NCBI GenBank assembly: GCA_905178155.1
Contig: CAJINV010000001.1
Span: 729,643 to 793,642 of the forward strand
Length of the DNA stretch: 64,000 nucleotides
Reading direction: 5' to 3'
Origin: Amoebophrya sp. A120
Lineage: Eukaryota > Protista > Dinoflagellata
The position numbers and the translations under genes are program-made. This document shows positions 22,353 to 33,829 of this stretch, in pieces. The first letter of the stretch is position 1; each line of letters opens with the position of its first letter. The notes below the pieces were generated by a model. That model was not told the DNA's origin and made no database searches. It saw nothing but the letters and a program-made list of their open reading frames with translations.

Positions 22353-24462
22353 CTATCCATCCCATTTGAATGTTTGTCTATCCTGTACAAATTTCCCGGA
22401 TTTGGGCAAGTATTCTGTGTTTTCCATTGCAAATATGTCGAGGCCTCGAAAATGCAAATGCTTATGTTCGTCGCTTCAAAAGGAGCGAATCAATTTCAAC
22501 ATGAAACACCTGCGCATGCCTAGCAGAGCGTATCGAGTTATTTGAGAACTCCCGCTTCTCCATGACAGCAGACCGTGTCGCGCATTGATGTCATGTATCG
22601 CGCCAGCTTTTGGTAGTTGTGCTCGTGCTTTCAACGAACATCAACAAGCAAAATCAAAGCGAAACTTCGTTCTAGAAGGCCCAGACAGATTTGCAACGCA
22701 TACACATTTTCCAGCGCCAACCAGGTTGGGGTATCCGCGCCCTCTTCGGCTGATCGTGGAGCTCGGTCGCCGGCCATGTCTATCCTGTGCAAAAATATCG
22801 CACTCGTATTTTTGCAATCATGCATTACAAAAAATCCTTTTGCTAAAGTAACTCCGCATTAGAAATTTTATTTCTTAATGCATTTATACGAGTACGATAC
22901 TTTTGCAGTTCATAATGTCCGTCCGACACCAACCGGGGCAACACGGGTACACCAATACATTTTGATCCGGTATTATGCGAGGAAAATAGACTTAGATACT
23001 AGCGCAGACAAAGGATTGATATTTGTCTAGGACAGGTTATTATTGGCGACGCCAAAGCAAAATTTACTTATCATGCAGACGGTGGCCCGGGCGCGGGCCC
23101 GAGGATCTATCGATCATGACGGCGCGACTTGCCGTGTAGAAGTGCTGGTCGGTCGTTGTAAACAGCCCAACATGTTGCCGGATGTGATAGCATTTTTGTG
23201 CTAGATTAGTAGATTTGTCTTGATGGCAGCAGCAGACGCAGAAGCCACGGCTTCGAAATTTGCAATAGCAGCTGCTGCAGAGGATGTTCTTGATCATGCT
23301 TTATATATTTTGCGACATGTTTTTCTGCACCCGCACCCGTGTACTAGTTTATTTCCTCTTGCATAGCCAAATCCCGGGCCAGGAGTCGCGTGAAAGCGAT
23401 TTCTGCCGCTTTAGAAACCGCGTAGGTCTGCCGCGGCCAGCCGAACTGCGCGTAGGTGTCCTCCCGCACCTTGGCGATAAATTCGGTCGTCAGCGCCAAA
23501 ATATCCTCCTTGGATTGGCAGGCGAGCCACCTCTGTTTCAGCTGGGCACTGTACCGGTTTTTCAGCAGTCCCGCCATGCTGCACACGTTCACGATCCGCC
23601 GGGGTGGGTCTTGGTGCGGGCGATAGGTGGCGCCGTCCAAGAGCAGGGGAAGAAAGGCCTCCGTGACCAGCATAGTGCCCTCGAAGTTCGTGCCGATGGT
23701 CCGAGCTGCGACTTCCACGCTGAATGCGTCCCCTTTGAACGCCATACCCGCATTGTTCACCAGCACGTGTAGCGGTGGACCAATTTTCTGCGCCGCGCTG
23801 GTCATAGTTGCGGGGGCGGTTAGGTCGAGCTGGACGAACTTCAGCGAAACGCAGGACGAAGCAGGGCCTCCATTTTTACCTGTGAGAGTAGAAAACCAGA
23901 CCGTTTGAAAATGGTAAACGTCGTTCTAACTATCGCGGATAGATCCCCCTGCTGCGTGCGGTCAGATGAAACTTCTACAATATAATTTCTATATACCCGC
24001 TCCAGAGCTCGCTTGAAGCTCTGCTTCCACGTCTCGTCGCGCCTTTTCTCCGAGCTCGACGTTGCGGCAACCCAGAAAAATTTCCGCGGGCTGCTATTAC
24101 AATGAATAGTGCCCCCACCCCAGAACTTGGCAGCATCTGTATTGCAAACTTTTCCAATAGATACACTCCCCGCTTTGCATATATCAGCATCACAAATTTT
24201 CCATGCTGAATAGCTCAAATCTGTGTTGCAAAGGAGCCCGAAAGTAGCCGGATCTGTCATGCAAAAGATACCTTGCGGAGCTAGAAAAAGCTTTCATTTG
24301 GAAACTTTGCATGAGAAACTTTTGCCACTTCCGGGGTGGGGGCATTTTTCATTGTGATAGCTGTCGCGTGCGGGTGAGATGATGTGCCATGAGCCGCACG
24401 ATGTGAAAACCGATGCCTTTGTTGGCACCAGTCACAAGAATGCGCTGCGGCGCAGCCGACAT
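22353..24462 (-). CDS. Short-chain dehydrogenase/reductase, carbonyl reductase-like, 6 exons
   Basis: Motifs LVTGANKGIG, LVNNAG, YAVSK (YxxxK), CCPGWCRTDMAG, SAEEGADTPTWLAL, SGKFVQDR. Four introners plus GT-AG intron 23880-23996. Confidence 0.9.
22421..22702. mobile_element. Introner, family A, strongly decayed
   Basis: Ends tttccattgcaaatatgtc / ccagacagatttgcaacgcata; TSD decayed; element+5 nt restores ALENV-EYLPKSGKF. Confidence 0.72.
22781..22914. mobile_element. Introner, family G (TIR TATnnnnTGCAAAAnTATCGnACTCGTAT)
   Basis: Perfect TSD atgtc; removal restores CRTD-M-AGD. Confidence 0.9.
22971..23365. mobile_element. Introner, family F-like, degenerate
   Basis: Ends tattatgcgaggaaaatagac / gtttatttcctcttgcata; element+5 nt restores LARDL-A-QNVLVYPCCPG. 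Confidence 0.7.
24095..24359. mobile_element. Introner, family C (TIR TATCACAATGAAAAATGCCCCCACCCC)
   Basis: TSD gctgc/gctgt; removal restores TRQ-P-AEIFLGCR. Confidence 0.9.
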
Positions 24463-25479
24463 AGTTGTTTGTCGTTGTCCTCTTTATTATATTTATTTGA
24501 AGATAATTTGCAATGAAACCGGAGAGATAGTACTGAAGCTACGAACGTACAAATTCACTTATAAAAAGGCTGAGCAGTAGATTACGTGTAAACGTAATAG
24601 TAATGTCCAGGTCGGACTACAAAAGCTCTTTCTCTTCAATTTCTTAAGAATACTTGGTAAGGTCTGGAATATAGTCTACGACTGAAGAAGGTGGCAATAA
24701 AACTTGGACACTTCGCCTTGAAACCACAGCTGTTGTAGATAAAGCAGGGCGAGCCAGCAACTATCAAGAGACCACTGCATACAGATCATACGAGGGGGAT
24801 TGTTGAGCGGGGTACAACTAAGTACTGTGTGTGCTGTTCTTTTCCATCCGAGCGAGGCACTTTGAGGCGCTGACGAAAAGGAAGATGTGCGGGAGGTGTG
24901 GCATCAGATCACGATTGGCGATTCCAGTCGGTGAGATAAGCCTTACTACAAAAAGTTACCATGATACGACAAAACAACCGACACCGAGCGTGTTTTGGGA
25001 TTTTACGTATGAGTGCGCTTTCCGTCTTTATATTCTCATGTAGATCACCAGCATTAGCGCACGACTCGCGATTCACCTTAAGAAGAACATTAGCAGTGTG
25101 CCCTGGCAAAACTTCTTGGTCGAAAAATTTTTTTCACCCAGCTGAGCGCCACATTTTGATGTCCAAAAAATGCAACGAATCATCGTCCATGGTACTACTC
25201 ACTGCCGCCGAGCCGACCGATAAGGTGCATGCGTGTAGCAGTTCGAATTCATCTTTTTGCGGGCTTTGTCTACTACAGGGGGAGCTGCATCAGATACGAG
25301 CAGCTGGTGAACGTCGCGAAAAATGAAAGGAATCAAAGTCACGAGTCATGGGCAAGAGGAATTCATGGCTTAATCTTAAATGTTTTTATGCCCCGGAAAA
25401 GGCCCTTCTCAGCCGCGCAGTTGGGGACCCACTACCGCCACCTTCGGCCGATATAAACGCGGACGCTACCTGCTCGGGG

Positions 25480-26991
25480 TTATGGAGGGAAAGTGAATGA
25501 CTTCACGACGAAACCTTTCTTTCGAGAGTGCTGGTGTGGGCCGTAGAGAAATTATCCCGGTCACAGCCACGCTGATGAACAATTTGTATGCGAGCGATGT
25601 GGCCTCATACAATGCTAAAGCATCCTGACAAAAGGAAGGCGCATGCCCAGATGCGCATGACAAATTAGATCTTCACTTAGAGCCTGCTACTAAAGTCGTA
25701 CATCACGACCCTGAGGGGAGATAAAAATCACTCCTTTCCCTGCCATAGTCCTGCATCAGGTAGAATTCGGTGGTGTTTTTGGCGATGAGCGCCCGCAGTG
25801 CGTTGACGCCGAAGCAGAACTGCAGCACTAAAAACAGGCCAAGATCCACGTACAGCAGGGCCTTCTCCAGGGGTAGCATGCACCGCGGGTGGCACTTGGA
25901 GTTCGGCCCGACTTCGGGGAGAAGGTCGGGGCTGAGGAGGAGAAAAATCTCCAGAATCATGCCCGGAAAGACGGTGAGAATCAGGAAAAGAAACAGGTGC
26001 GGGACGTTCTCCGAGAGGTTGCCGCGGTACCCCAGGTAGTAGCGAAACGGCTCCAGAAAGAAGACGAAGGCGGTATGCAGGAAAAAAACTGTGTTAGTGT
26101 AGAGTAGGTGTCTATGTCTTGGCTTGACGGCATGACAAATCTGTCTGGCATGACAGCAAAAACTTGCCATGCGCAGGCAGTACGTGAAAACATGTATGAA
26201 ACTAGCCTATGACGCATGTCTAGCATGAGAAGTGCATACTGTGCAGAACTTTCCGTAGTTGTAGGGACTTACAGCAATACACACTTTTTTTGTTCTTGCA
26301 TAGGCAACAGTCAGAATGTACAGGGTGATGGCCAGCGGCACGTCGCTTATCCACCGCGCCTTGTACCACCCGGCAAGAATAAGGCAGACCGCGAAAAGCA
26401 CCTTGTACCAAAATCCGAAGAACAACAGCAACTGCAGGTGCAACGACGTCGAAATCTCGCGGTGGTAGATGTCATCCTGGGTCTATCAAGCGTCAGAAAT
26501 AGCGTCGTTCCCACGAGAACCCCAGAGACAAGAGGGAAAAAATGAGGACACTGCTAGTACAACACAAGTGAGGAGCTTACTTTTCTTGGCTGTTGCCCAT
26601 GACAAAGTTGGCGGTGCAATAGCAGATGTGAAATAACAGTAGTCGTGCTTAGGCAGCGGCGCGGTCGCAAACAAATAGGATTAGGCCAATTCATCTGTAT
26701 CCTGATTGCGATTGGAGCATGCCAAAATTCCGAAATAAAGTTATAGGAAAACAACTGCGCAGCTTCAGACAGCTGCAGGGTCATCTGCGGATGCAAACTT
26801 GCACGAGGGGAACATCAAATCTCTGCTGGGGAGGACGCTTTTTTTACCGAGGATAGCGTTGACCTCTTCTGCTTCGTGTTCGGCTGCGCTGCAGTAGTCT
26901 CGCCTGGCTTTTTCACCACCGTCTTCGGAGCCGAGGAGGTCGCGGCATTGGCTGAAGGACCCGCATTATTCTCTGTGCCGGAGACCGACAT
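25480..26991 (-). CDS. TMEM17/TMEM216-family ciliary transition-zone membrane protein, 4 exons
   Basis: Motifs STSLHLQLLLFF and EPFRYYLGYRGNLSENVPHLFLFLILTVFP; four hydrophobic segments; three introners. Confidence 0.75.
25553..25723. mobile_element. Introner, singleton family I
   Basis: TAT...ATA with weak TIR, TSD gaaat/aaaat, internal gcatgacaaa; removal extends the frame to TAA at 25480. Confidence 0.6.
26074..26302. mobile_element. Introner, family F (TIR TATGCAAGAAAAAAA.TG)
   Basis: TSD ggcgg/ggcaa; removal restores LTVA-FVFFLEP. Confidence 0.85.
26484..26855. mobile_element. Introner, family D variant
   Basis: Ends tatcaagcgtcagaaatagcgtc / ggacgctttttttaccgaggata; TSD gggtc/gcgtt; frame restored ST-Q-DDIY. 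Confidence 0.75.
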
Positions 26992-27413
26992 TATACTTTC
27001 ACGTACTCTTTCACTCAAAACTTCTTCTACTGTGCAGCTGCAGATTTTATTCTAGATATATCTGTTCACTTGCACAGACCACAACACGACTTCTGTCCTC
27101 CCTGGACCGGTGTTGTTGCACTCTCGTCGTGTAAGGCAAAGTCGACCGAATATACCTTTTGTGCGACTACTTAGCGCGCGAGTCGTTCTCTGAGATCTTT
27201 TTGTTTCTTCCATGGAAGGGACCAACAATCATAATATCGGAACAAAAAATAAAGGGGCAGTGTCGGGGCCGCAAGCGGCAATGGAGGTTTCACCGACCAC
27301 GCCGGTTTTATGTTTGAATGAAAGAAAGTTGAAATTTCGCCTCATTGGTGGATGTACTTGATACTACAGCGAGCATCAGCTTTGTCTTGATTCGAGTTCT
27401 TCGACACACTTTC

Positions 27414-29333
27414 CTACAAATCGTCGCTGTCATTCATCGGGTCGTCGTCTTCCTCCTCGTGTGACCTCTTTCTCACCTTTCGCGCAACAACTCCCGTGTG
27501 CCCTCGCTTTTTGAACGATGTGGTCTTGTTGGTAGTGGTGCTGCCCGCTGTCCCTGAAGAAGCCGCCGCGGGTTTGGGTTTGATTCCCAGTCTACTTGTT
27601 CCAGAATTATCGGAGTCGACGTTCATTGCGTCAGCATCCTCGTCCTCATCGTCCTCCTCGTTTAGAACAAGGGATGTCGCTACTAGTGGTTTTGATGTTT
27701 TCACAGCAGGAGCTGGTGCGGAACTACTCCCCTCGTCGACCTCCATGCTAGTAGTACAACTGACGGCTGTATTTGCAGCAGTTACTCCGCCACTTCTTAT
27801 CTGCTTACTTTCCTTCTCCTTATCCTTTCCCACACCGCGTCGAATATTAAACGTCGGTTTGGCACCGGCCATGACCTCGGAAGTCGCCCTGGCCTGCTCG
27901 CCCGCCAAAGCGTGTTCGTTGGAGAGGCGCGCGAGCAAATTTTGCGCCGCCAGCCGGTTCTCCGCACTGGTCGACAGCGAGGTTCCGGCCAGCGTGTCGG
28001 GGCGCCACTTTTTCCGGAGTTGCTCCGCGTGCTCCTCTGAGACGTGATCGTGCTGGAACTTGCACGTATTGCCGTAGGTGCAGTGCCCGAACTTCGTGTA
28101 GTTCACGCACTTTTTTCCATCGTCTGTTCTACTTGACATGACCTCAGGATGGAGGTCTGACACTCCTCCAGCACTCGTTTTGTCAGCGCTGATTTTCATT
28201 TGACTATCAAAATTTTCCTGCACACGTTTTTCCAAATCTGCAAGCGAACTGGAGGAGATAGTCACCTTTTGCAACTCCGACTCCTTCACCGGATCTTTTG
28301 TGTTGCACAACTCCAGATCATTGTCGCCACGTTGGTCGTCCCCACGCAGCCCGCTTCTGTTGTCTTTATGCCCCTCATCGGAGGAACCGGGGGCGGACGA
28401 ATCATCGGACAAGAGCGAGTCCCTGTCGCTGTTGCTGCTGTTATTGGCCGCGTCATCCGTCATGCGCATCATGGCACTCACCTGCCGGATCATCGTGCGC
28501 TGTTCGGGGGAGATACCGGGGTCGTTTGCCGCGGTAGAGTTGATGTCGTCGTAGTAAAACTGATCGTTCGCGTTGCTGGGCTGTCTTGCGGGATTCACAG
28601 TAAGGAGGCTATTACTTTGGAGGCTCTGGTTCATGCTGTGATTTGCAGTGCGCTTATTAGTGTTGCTTGAGGATGAGGCCGGCGCGGGGGGAAGATCTGT
28701 AATTGCGGTTGCTGCAGAAGGAGGAGCTCCATTGGTTGTAGTAGGTCTACCACCTCCCAAAGTCCAAGCGGCCGTCATTTGCTGTGATGAACCGGCGCGA
28801 GAAGTAGAAGTATTACTCGGTACTACATGTTGCTGACCTTGGTTTTGTTGCAACAGGCCCGCGGCGCGAAGAAAGAAATTTTGGTCGCTGGTCATGTTTG
28901 TCCCCATAATCGTGTTTCTACCGCCGGACGACCCGGTCGTGACACCGGCAGTTCTTGCACCTCCTGCACCGCCCATCGATGATGATGATACCACACCCGA
29001 ACTGCTGCTGGCCGTGCTTCGTGCGCTGGTGGACGCAGAAGATGCGGAAGATGCTCCTCCTCCTGCCTGGAAAGGTCTGCGCATAGCCACGCCGTCCACC
29101 TGCCAGTCCCGCTCGAGTTCGTTCAGCATCTGCTCCGTGCTGCAGCCAAACAGCTCCTTACTCGCGCGGTCCTCCACCTTTTCGTCTAGGGTCACCCCGT
29201 CCAGTTTGTCCTTTCGCGCGACCACGGGGAGCTCCTGGTGTTCCTTGGAAGCCGTGGAAATCGTGCCCGTCCCCACATTGGCGAACACCGCATCGGCCTT
29301 TTCCTGCAGCCGGGACTCCGTGAAACGAAACAT
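27414..29333 (-). CDS. CCCH zinc-finger protein, low complexity, 639 aa
   Basis: C-x8-C-x5-C-x3-H motif CVNYTKFGHCTYGNTCKFQH in a single long ORF. Confidence 0.8.
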   Translation of the reverse strand: MFRFTESRLQEKADAVFANVGTGTISTASKEHQELPVVARKDKLDGVTLDEKVEDRASKELFGCSTEQMLNELERDWQVDGVAMRRPFQAGGGASSASSASTSARSTASSSSGVVSSSSMGGAGGARTAGVTTGSSGGRNTIMGTNMTSDQNFFLRAAGLLQQNQGQQHVVPSNTSTSRAGSSQQMTAAWTLGGGRPTTTNGAPPSAATAITDLPPAPASSSSNTNKRTANHSMNQSLQSNSLLTVNPARQPSNANDQFYYDDINSTAANDPGISPEQRTMIRQVSAMMRMTDDAANNSSNSDRDSLLSDDSSAPGSSDEGHKDNRSGLRGDDQRGDNDLELCNTKDPVKESELQKVTISSSSLADLEKRVQENFDSQMKISADKTSAGGVSDLHPEVMSSRTDDGKKCVNYTKFGHCTYGNTCKFQHDHVSEEHAEQLRKKWRPDTLAGTSLSTSAENRLAAQNLLARLSNEHALAGEQARATSEVMAGAKPTFNIRRGVGKDKEKESKQIRSGGVTAANTAVSCTTSMEVDEGSSSAPAPAVKTSKPLVATSLVLNEEDDEDEDADAMNVDSDNSGTSRLGIKPKPAAASSGTAGSTTTNKTTSFKKRGHTGVVARKVRKRSHEEEDDDPMNDSDDL

Positions 29334-30253
29334 TTTTCTGTAGAGATTCCTTTCAACTCCACTCGGGAGAAAAATGTAGTCTTTAGTAAAGAAAATGAGA
29401 CCACAATTTCTGAGTAAATTTGTACGAAAGCAACTTCGAAGATATCGGTAGTTCCTTGTCGTCTATCCAGGGAGTTATGTTTATCTTTGCTGGACACGAT
29501 GTAACTACTCTGCTCTTACGTTTTTTTACTTTGATAGCATCTTGCTCTGAGTCTGAAAAACAGTATTCTTCCGAAGATCGAGCGACGAATTAGCTACAGC
29601 ACATGTGGCGAGGCCAAAAAGAAAAAGTAGGATCGGGAGTGTAGTGAGTGTGCGCGGGTCAATTACATCCATGGGAACTGCTGCTGATCTCTTGATGAAT
29701 TTTATCAAAACAGTGCATTGAAGATGTGAGTGCGTGGTGGTAGGCCACGTGCACGTCTCAACCAGATATTATCTTGTTCGTCTCCTACAAAAATCATTTC
29801 GACGTCACTTCTGCTCGAGGTCCTACATATTGAAAAAGCTTTCATACGTAGTGCTGCTTAGCTTTCTGTTTCGATTTTGAACGCGGTAGCTATCTCGTGT
29901 TTATGGTTCCCCTTCCCGTCAGGTGGAGAGCCTACTGTGGCAGACCAGAGACGGATTGAATTTGTTCATTCTTGGGGTGAAGTACAGAAGGCTACAAATA
30001 ATCTGATTTATGGCTCGGCGCGATGGCGATACATCAAGTCATTGTACACGCAAACGAGGGCTCGCCTGCGGAGAAACTTCGTTAGTACAAGATTGATACA
30101 TACATGGTGTCGCACGCTTGATGATATCAGCGACTTTTTAGTAACAGAAGCTAAAGAAAACGGCCTGCAGGACGGACCAACCGCGTCGATTTCATCACGA
30201 CTCGTGGGTAAGGGTGCACTACAAACTGATAGATTACCGTGTATAAAATCTTG

Positions 30254-32340
30254 CTACCCCGTCCCACCACCTGCTTGCTCAGCCTCCACCCCGTCCGGCG
30301 GTCCTGCTATTTCTGCGGCACCCCCGGCTTGTGTACTAGTCATGGGTTCCTCCTCGGTATAGACCGGGCCCCAGCTGGGGTCGGTTTTCGGACCACGGTA
30401 GCTGTCGCCGTCCACGGAGGAGAGGTCGGAGACCTCCTGGATCTCGCTCCCCTTCGGCGGGTATACATTGCAAATATGTCATCTGGGTCTGGAAAAGTGG
30501 AGCTTGTGTTGCATGTCTAGCACTCCTGAAAATAAATGTGTATTGCATAGCCAGCAAAGGCGTTGCTTGTTGTCATGCAGAGACGCGTAGTTTGCGTTTG
30601 GCTTTGTCATGCGTGCTAGTACGCATCAGACGGCGTCAAATGAATCGGTCATGCTTGGCTGCAGTTGAAAGCACCAAACTCATCAACACTTTAGCATCAC
30701 AGGTTTCCTTCCAATCCCAGAAAACATATTTGCATGGCATAGCGGGTGCACGAGCGTTCGCGGGTTGGACTCGGCGGACCGCGTGAAGCCCGGACTGTTC
30801 TTGGCCTCGGTGTCTGCCGTGTCGACGTAGTCCTCCGGGTCCAGCGCATCGCGACCGGTCACGTAATTCAACGGCTCCCACCGCCGCTCCAGGAACGAGT
30901 ACTTTTTGCGGTCCTGCTGGAAAGTCAGCCGCCCGATGCCGACCAGGTTCAGTGCCATATCAACTGCAAAAGTGTCTGGGTCTGGAAGAATGCCAGACTT
31001 GTCATGCAGGTTCTCCATGACCCGTGAGGTTTGGTATGTAGAACATAGCATGACAGATTCCGTGAGAGTTCTATCATGCCTATCCTGCATGAGAAACTGC
31101 CTCTCGATTAGGTCAACAGCGGACAGCTTTTGGTAAGGATGCAACACAGATTTTTACATGATTGAGATTTAGCATGACAAGTTGCTTTGTTCCAGACCCA
31201 GACATATTTGCATTGGATACGCCAGGGTGTGACGTGACCGCAGAATTTCGCACAGACGGTCCTATGGAAGCGTCAGGTTTGAAATCGTCAAAGTTTAAAT
31301 AGTTTGTAATGCATAAAATGCATGACCCGCGGCACGTGTGTTGCAGAGCAGGCAAGTGAGGCCGATTGTAAGCCTGTTTGGGGTTACAGCTCGAGCTGCT
31401 AAAGTAGCATGAGAACATCGCTCTTCTTTGCCTAAACAGCATGACAGAGTGGATTTAGGGGCCGCCGAAACTTGTCATGCACCACTTGGAAACTGGGTTC
31501 CAACTGGAATCCATTTTATGCATGACAAATTATTTCAACTTTGTCGATTTCAACTCTGACACATCCATAGGTCCACGGTCTCGTTCACGAGAGAGAGGAC
31601 CAAATCCTGTACAGTTATTGTTTCTGTCGCCTAAAAGGTTTTCGTTTTTGTTTTTCGACCACGAGTCGGTTTATTAAGGGTCGTGGTCCGGCATGAACCA
31701 ACCTGCCATGGAATTCAATGTCGTGATGACTCATATTATCCTATCACCCAATATTAAAAATGATACCACATCCTCGCCCTTTGCGAATCCCCTGGCAAAC
31801 GGCGGGTTTTTTTCTTCCTTGACGAAGCTTTTTGCCTTCACGATTTTCTTATCAAGTGCAAAAATGTCTGGGTCTGGAAGATTGCCAGGTTTGTCATGCA
31901 TATCCTGCATGACCCATGATGCCTGTAGTGCATGACTTGGCATCACAGACTTTTGGAAGGCTCCCCGATGCCTATTCCGCATGACAAATGCCCTCTCCGC
32001 GTAGCACAATCTGGGCTCCTGTTGCTGGTCATGCAATACAGATTTTCTTAGAATCCCAAGACAGCATGACAAGTTTGGATCCTTCCAGACCCAGACATAT
32101 TTGCAATGCATATTTCTCCGGCACGCATCTCTTCTCCAGTCCGGATCGCTCGAGCACGTGCTGCGCGAGTTGAAACACCACCGGTCCACTCAGCGTCTCC
32201 CGCCCGAGCAGGCCCAGGGAGGCAAATTTCAGGCAGAAGGGTTTTTTGCGCTCCATCGTCCGCGCCACCGCGTGGCAGTACATCTCCCAGGCGTCCTGAC
32301 GCTGCTGCGTCTCGAACAGCGCAACGATGTCGAGGAGCAT
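30254..32340 (-). CDS. Hypothetical protein, 6 exons (5' end uncertain)
   Basis: One continuous frame after removing four introners and GT-AG intron 31607-31766; stop TAG at 30254-30256. Confidence 0.72.
30462..30741. mobile_element. Introner, family A variant
   Basis: Perfect TSD gcggg; frame restored. Confidence 0.88.
30958..31219. mobile_element. Introner, family A
   Basis: TSD tgcca/cgcca; frame restored. Confidence 0.9.
31263..31569. mobile_element. Introner, family H (~60-bp TIR TATGGA.G.GTCAG..TTGAAATCG.CAAAGTT.AAATA.TTTGT.ATGCATAAAATG)
   Basis: Perfect TSD ggtcc; frame restored ETVD-R-LCE. Confidence 0.9.
31850..32112. mobile_element. Introner, family A
   Basis: Perfect TSD tttct; full-length similarity to 61612-61873 and, inverted, to 43149-43412. 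Confidence 0.93.
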
Positions 32341-33829
32341 GTTATTTGTATAATTGTGTTCTAGAACGCTAAACCTTCATTCGACGAGAACAAATGTGGC
32401 ATCACCTGCTGTGCGTCTAAATTAGTAGTGCCTGATGTGCAGATAATCAAAAATGAACAACGAAAAGAGCGTACCAATAAATAGGCTGCAACACATACAC
32501 AAGCATCTCATCTGTATAAAAACAACATGAACATGATGATATACCCTCAACAAAAAAAGCAATCGAATTGGACGATGGCACGATGTTTTTCGGTAGAATA
32601 ACAGACCAGGTTGACTTGTTTATCTACTCCGCGAGGGCAGGCGACTGGCGAGGACGATATCTATTTCGGTCGAAGAAAGAAAAGACGAAGGGAAAAGGTA
32701 TCAAACGAGTCGAAAACAACACACCACCACTTCGAGCACGAGGTGCTATCGTGTCAAACGCATGTCACATTTACGAAAATTATCTCTCGATCGGCATCGG
32801 TTTAATAAGTGGCAACGAAGAAGGAGAAGTACGAATACCATGTCCAAAAAAAGTACTTACGGCAGCGAAAGACGACAGGAGGGAAGGACTTTTCTTCCAC
32901 ATCTGCAGTAGAACAGCACGAACTTTTACAGCAGGCGTGCATGGTTTTCTACTTCGAGCGGCTTCCCAGCACGCTCTATGGCTTTGCTCGAAGTTCAGAG
33001 CGAATTGATATCTGCGCTGTAGCGTCCAAGCCGATTGCGTAGTGAATGCAATGGCGTGATAAACTTGTTGTGGCGGGTTCTTAGCATATCTCTGCTAGCA
33101 AGTCGCTTCTGCTTCACAGGTGGTAGGGTTTTCTTCACAGTCGCTTGCTGGGTCGTTTTCGCTTGGTCTGAATTTAGCTTCACATTTGGCGTTGGCGCTA
33201 AGATGTCCTACAACTGATGCGCGGTACTATTTGGCGTTGAAGAGCAAGATTCATTCTTGCGCGGTCGTACATCATACTCGTTTTTGGCTTCTAATTTCGA
33301 CCGGCCTGATGCATATACGTCTCCGCGCCTCCGGTAGTTGCATCTACTGATTCGCGGTGCGGTGTGCGAGCGAAAAATCTGATATGAAGTCTCCCATTTC
33401 AAATATCAGCTCCCGTGGTGTGTTGTGAAAAATAGCTCCCGAGAAAAAGTGATAAAATCAGGCCGCATTTTTGGCACCGTCTCGTACTCTTTCGCGTCGT
33501 CTCTTTTAGTATTCGCTTTTTGTTTGATTCTTTTTTATTTCATCCTGCTCCTCTGCTGCGTTGTTCTTGTTGAAAACTTGAAGGTGTGGCCACGTAATTC
33601 TTGGAATTGAAATTCGCCGGCGTTAGTCATCTTGCTTTTCTTTCGTTTCAGTTTATTGTCCTGGGTCATTAATTTTAATTCTCCTCCGGTTCCTCTTGCA
33701 GCCCGGGGTAGGACTAACTTATTGGAAGTTAGAGTTGTCGCTTTTTGTTCACGGAATGACAAGCAGCCACGCCTTTCATAGTCATACTAGACGAGCTGCG
33801 AGACTTCTGCTCAACATCTTCATTCTAGT

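Noticed and set aside
30336-30366. Possible extra TAT/ATA element end at 30359-30361
   Set aside because: There is no partner TIR or TSD, and the frame reads through (WGPVYTEEE) to the stop at 30254.
31731-32189. Short ORFs sharing peptides such as CKNVWVWK, LPDPDIF and QICLGLE as a repeated protein family
   Set aside because: These are translations of the family-A TIR, not genes.
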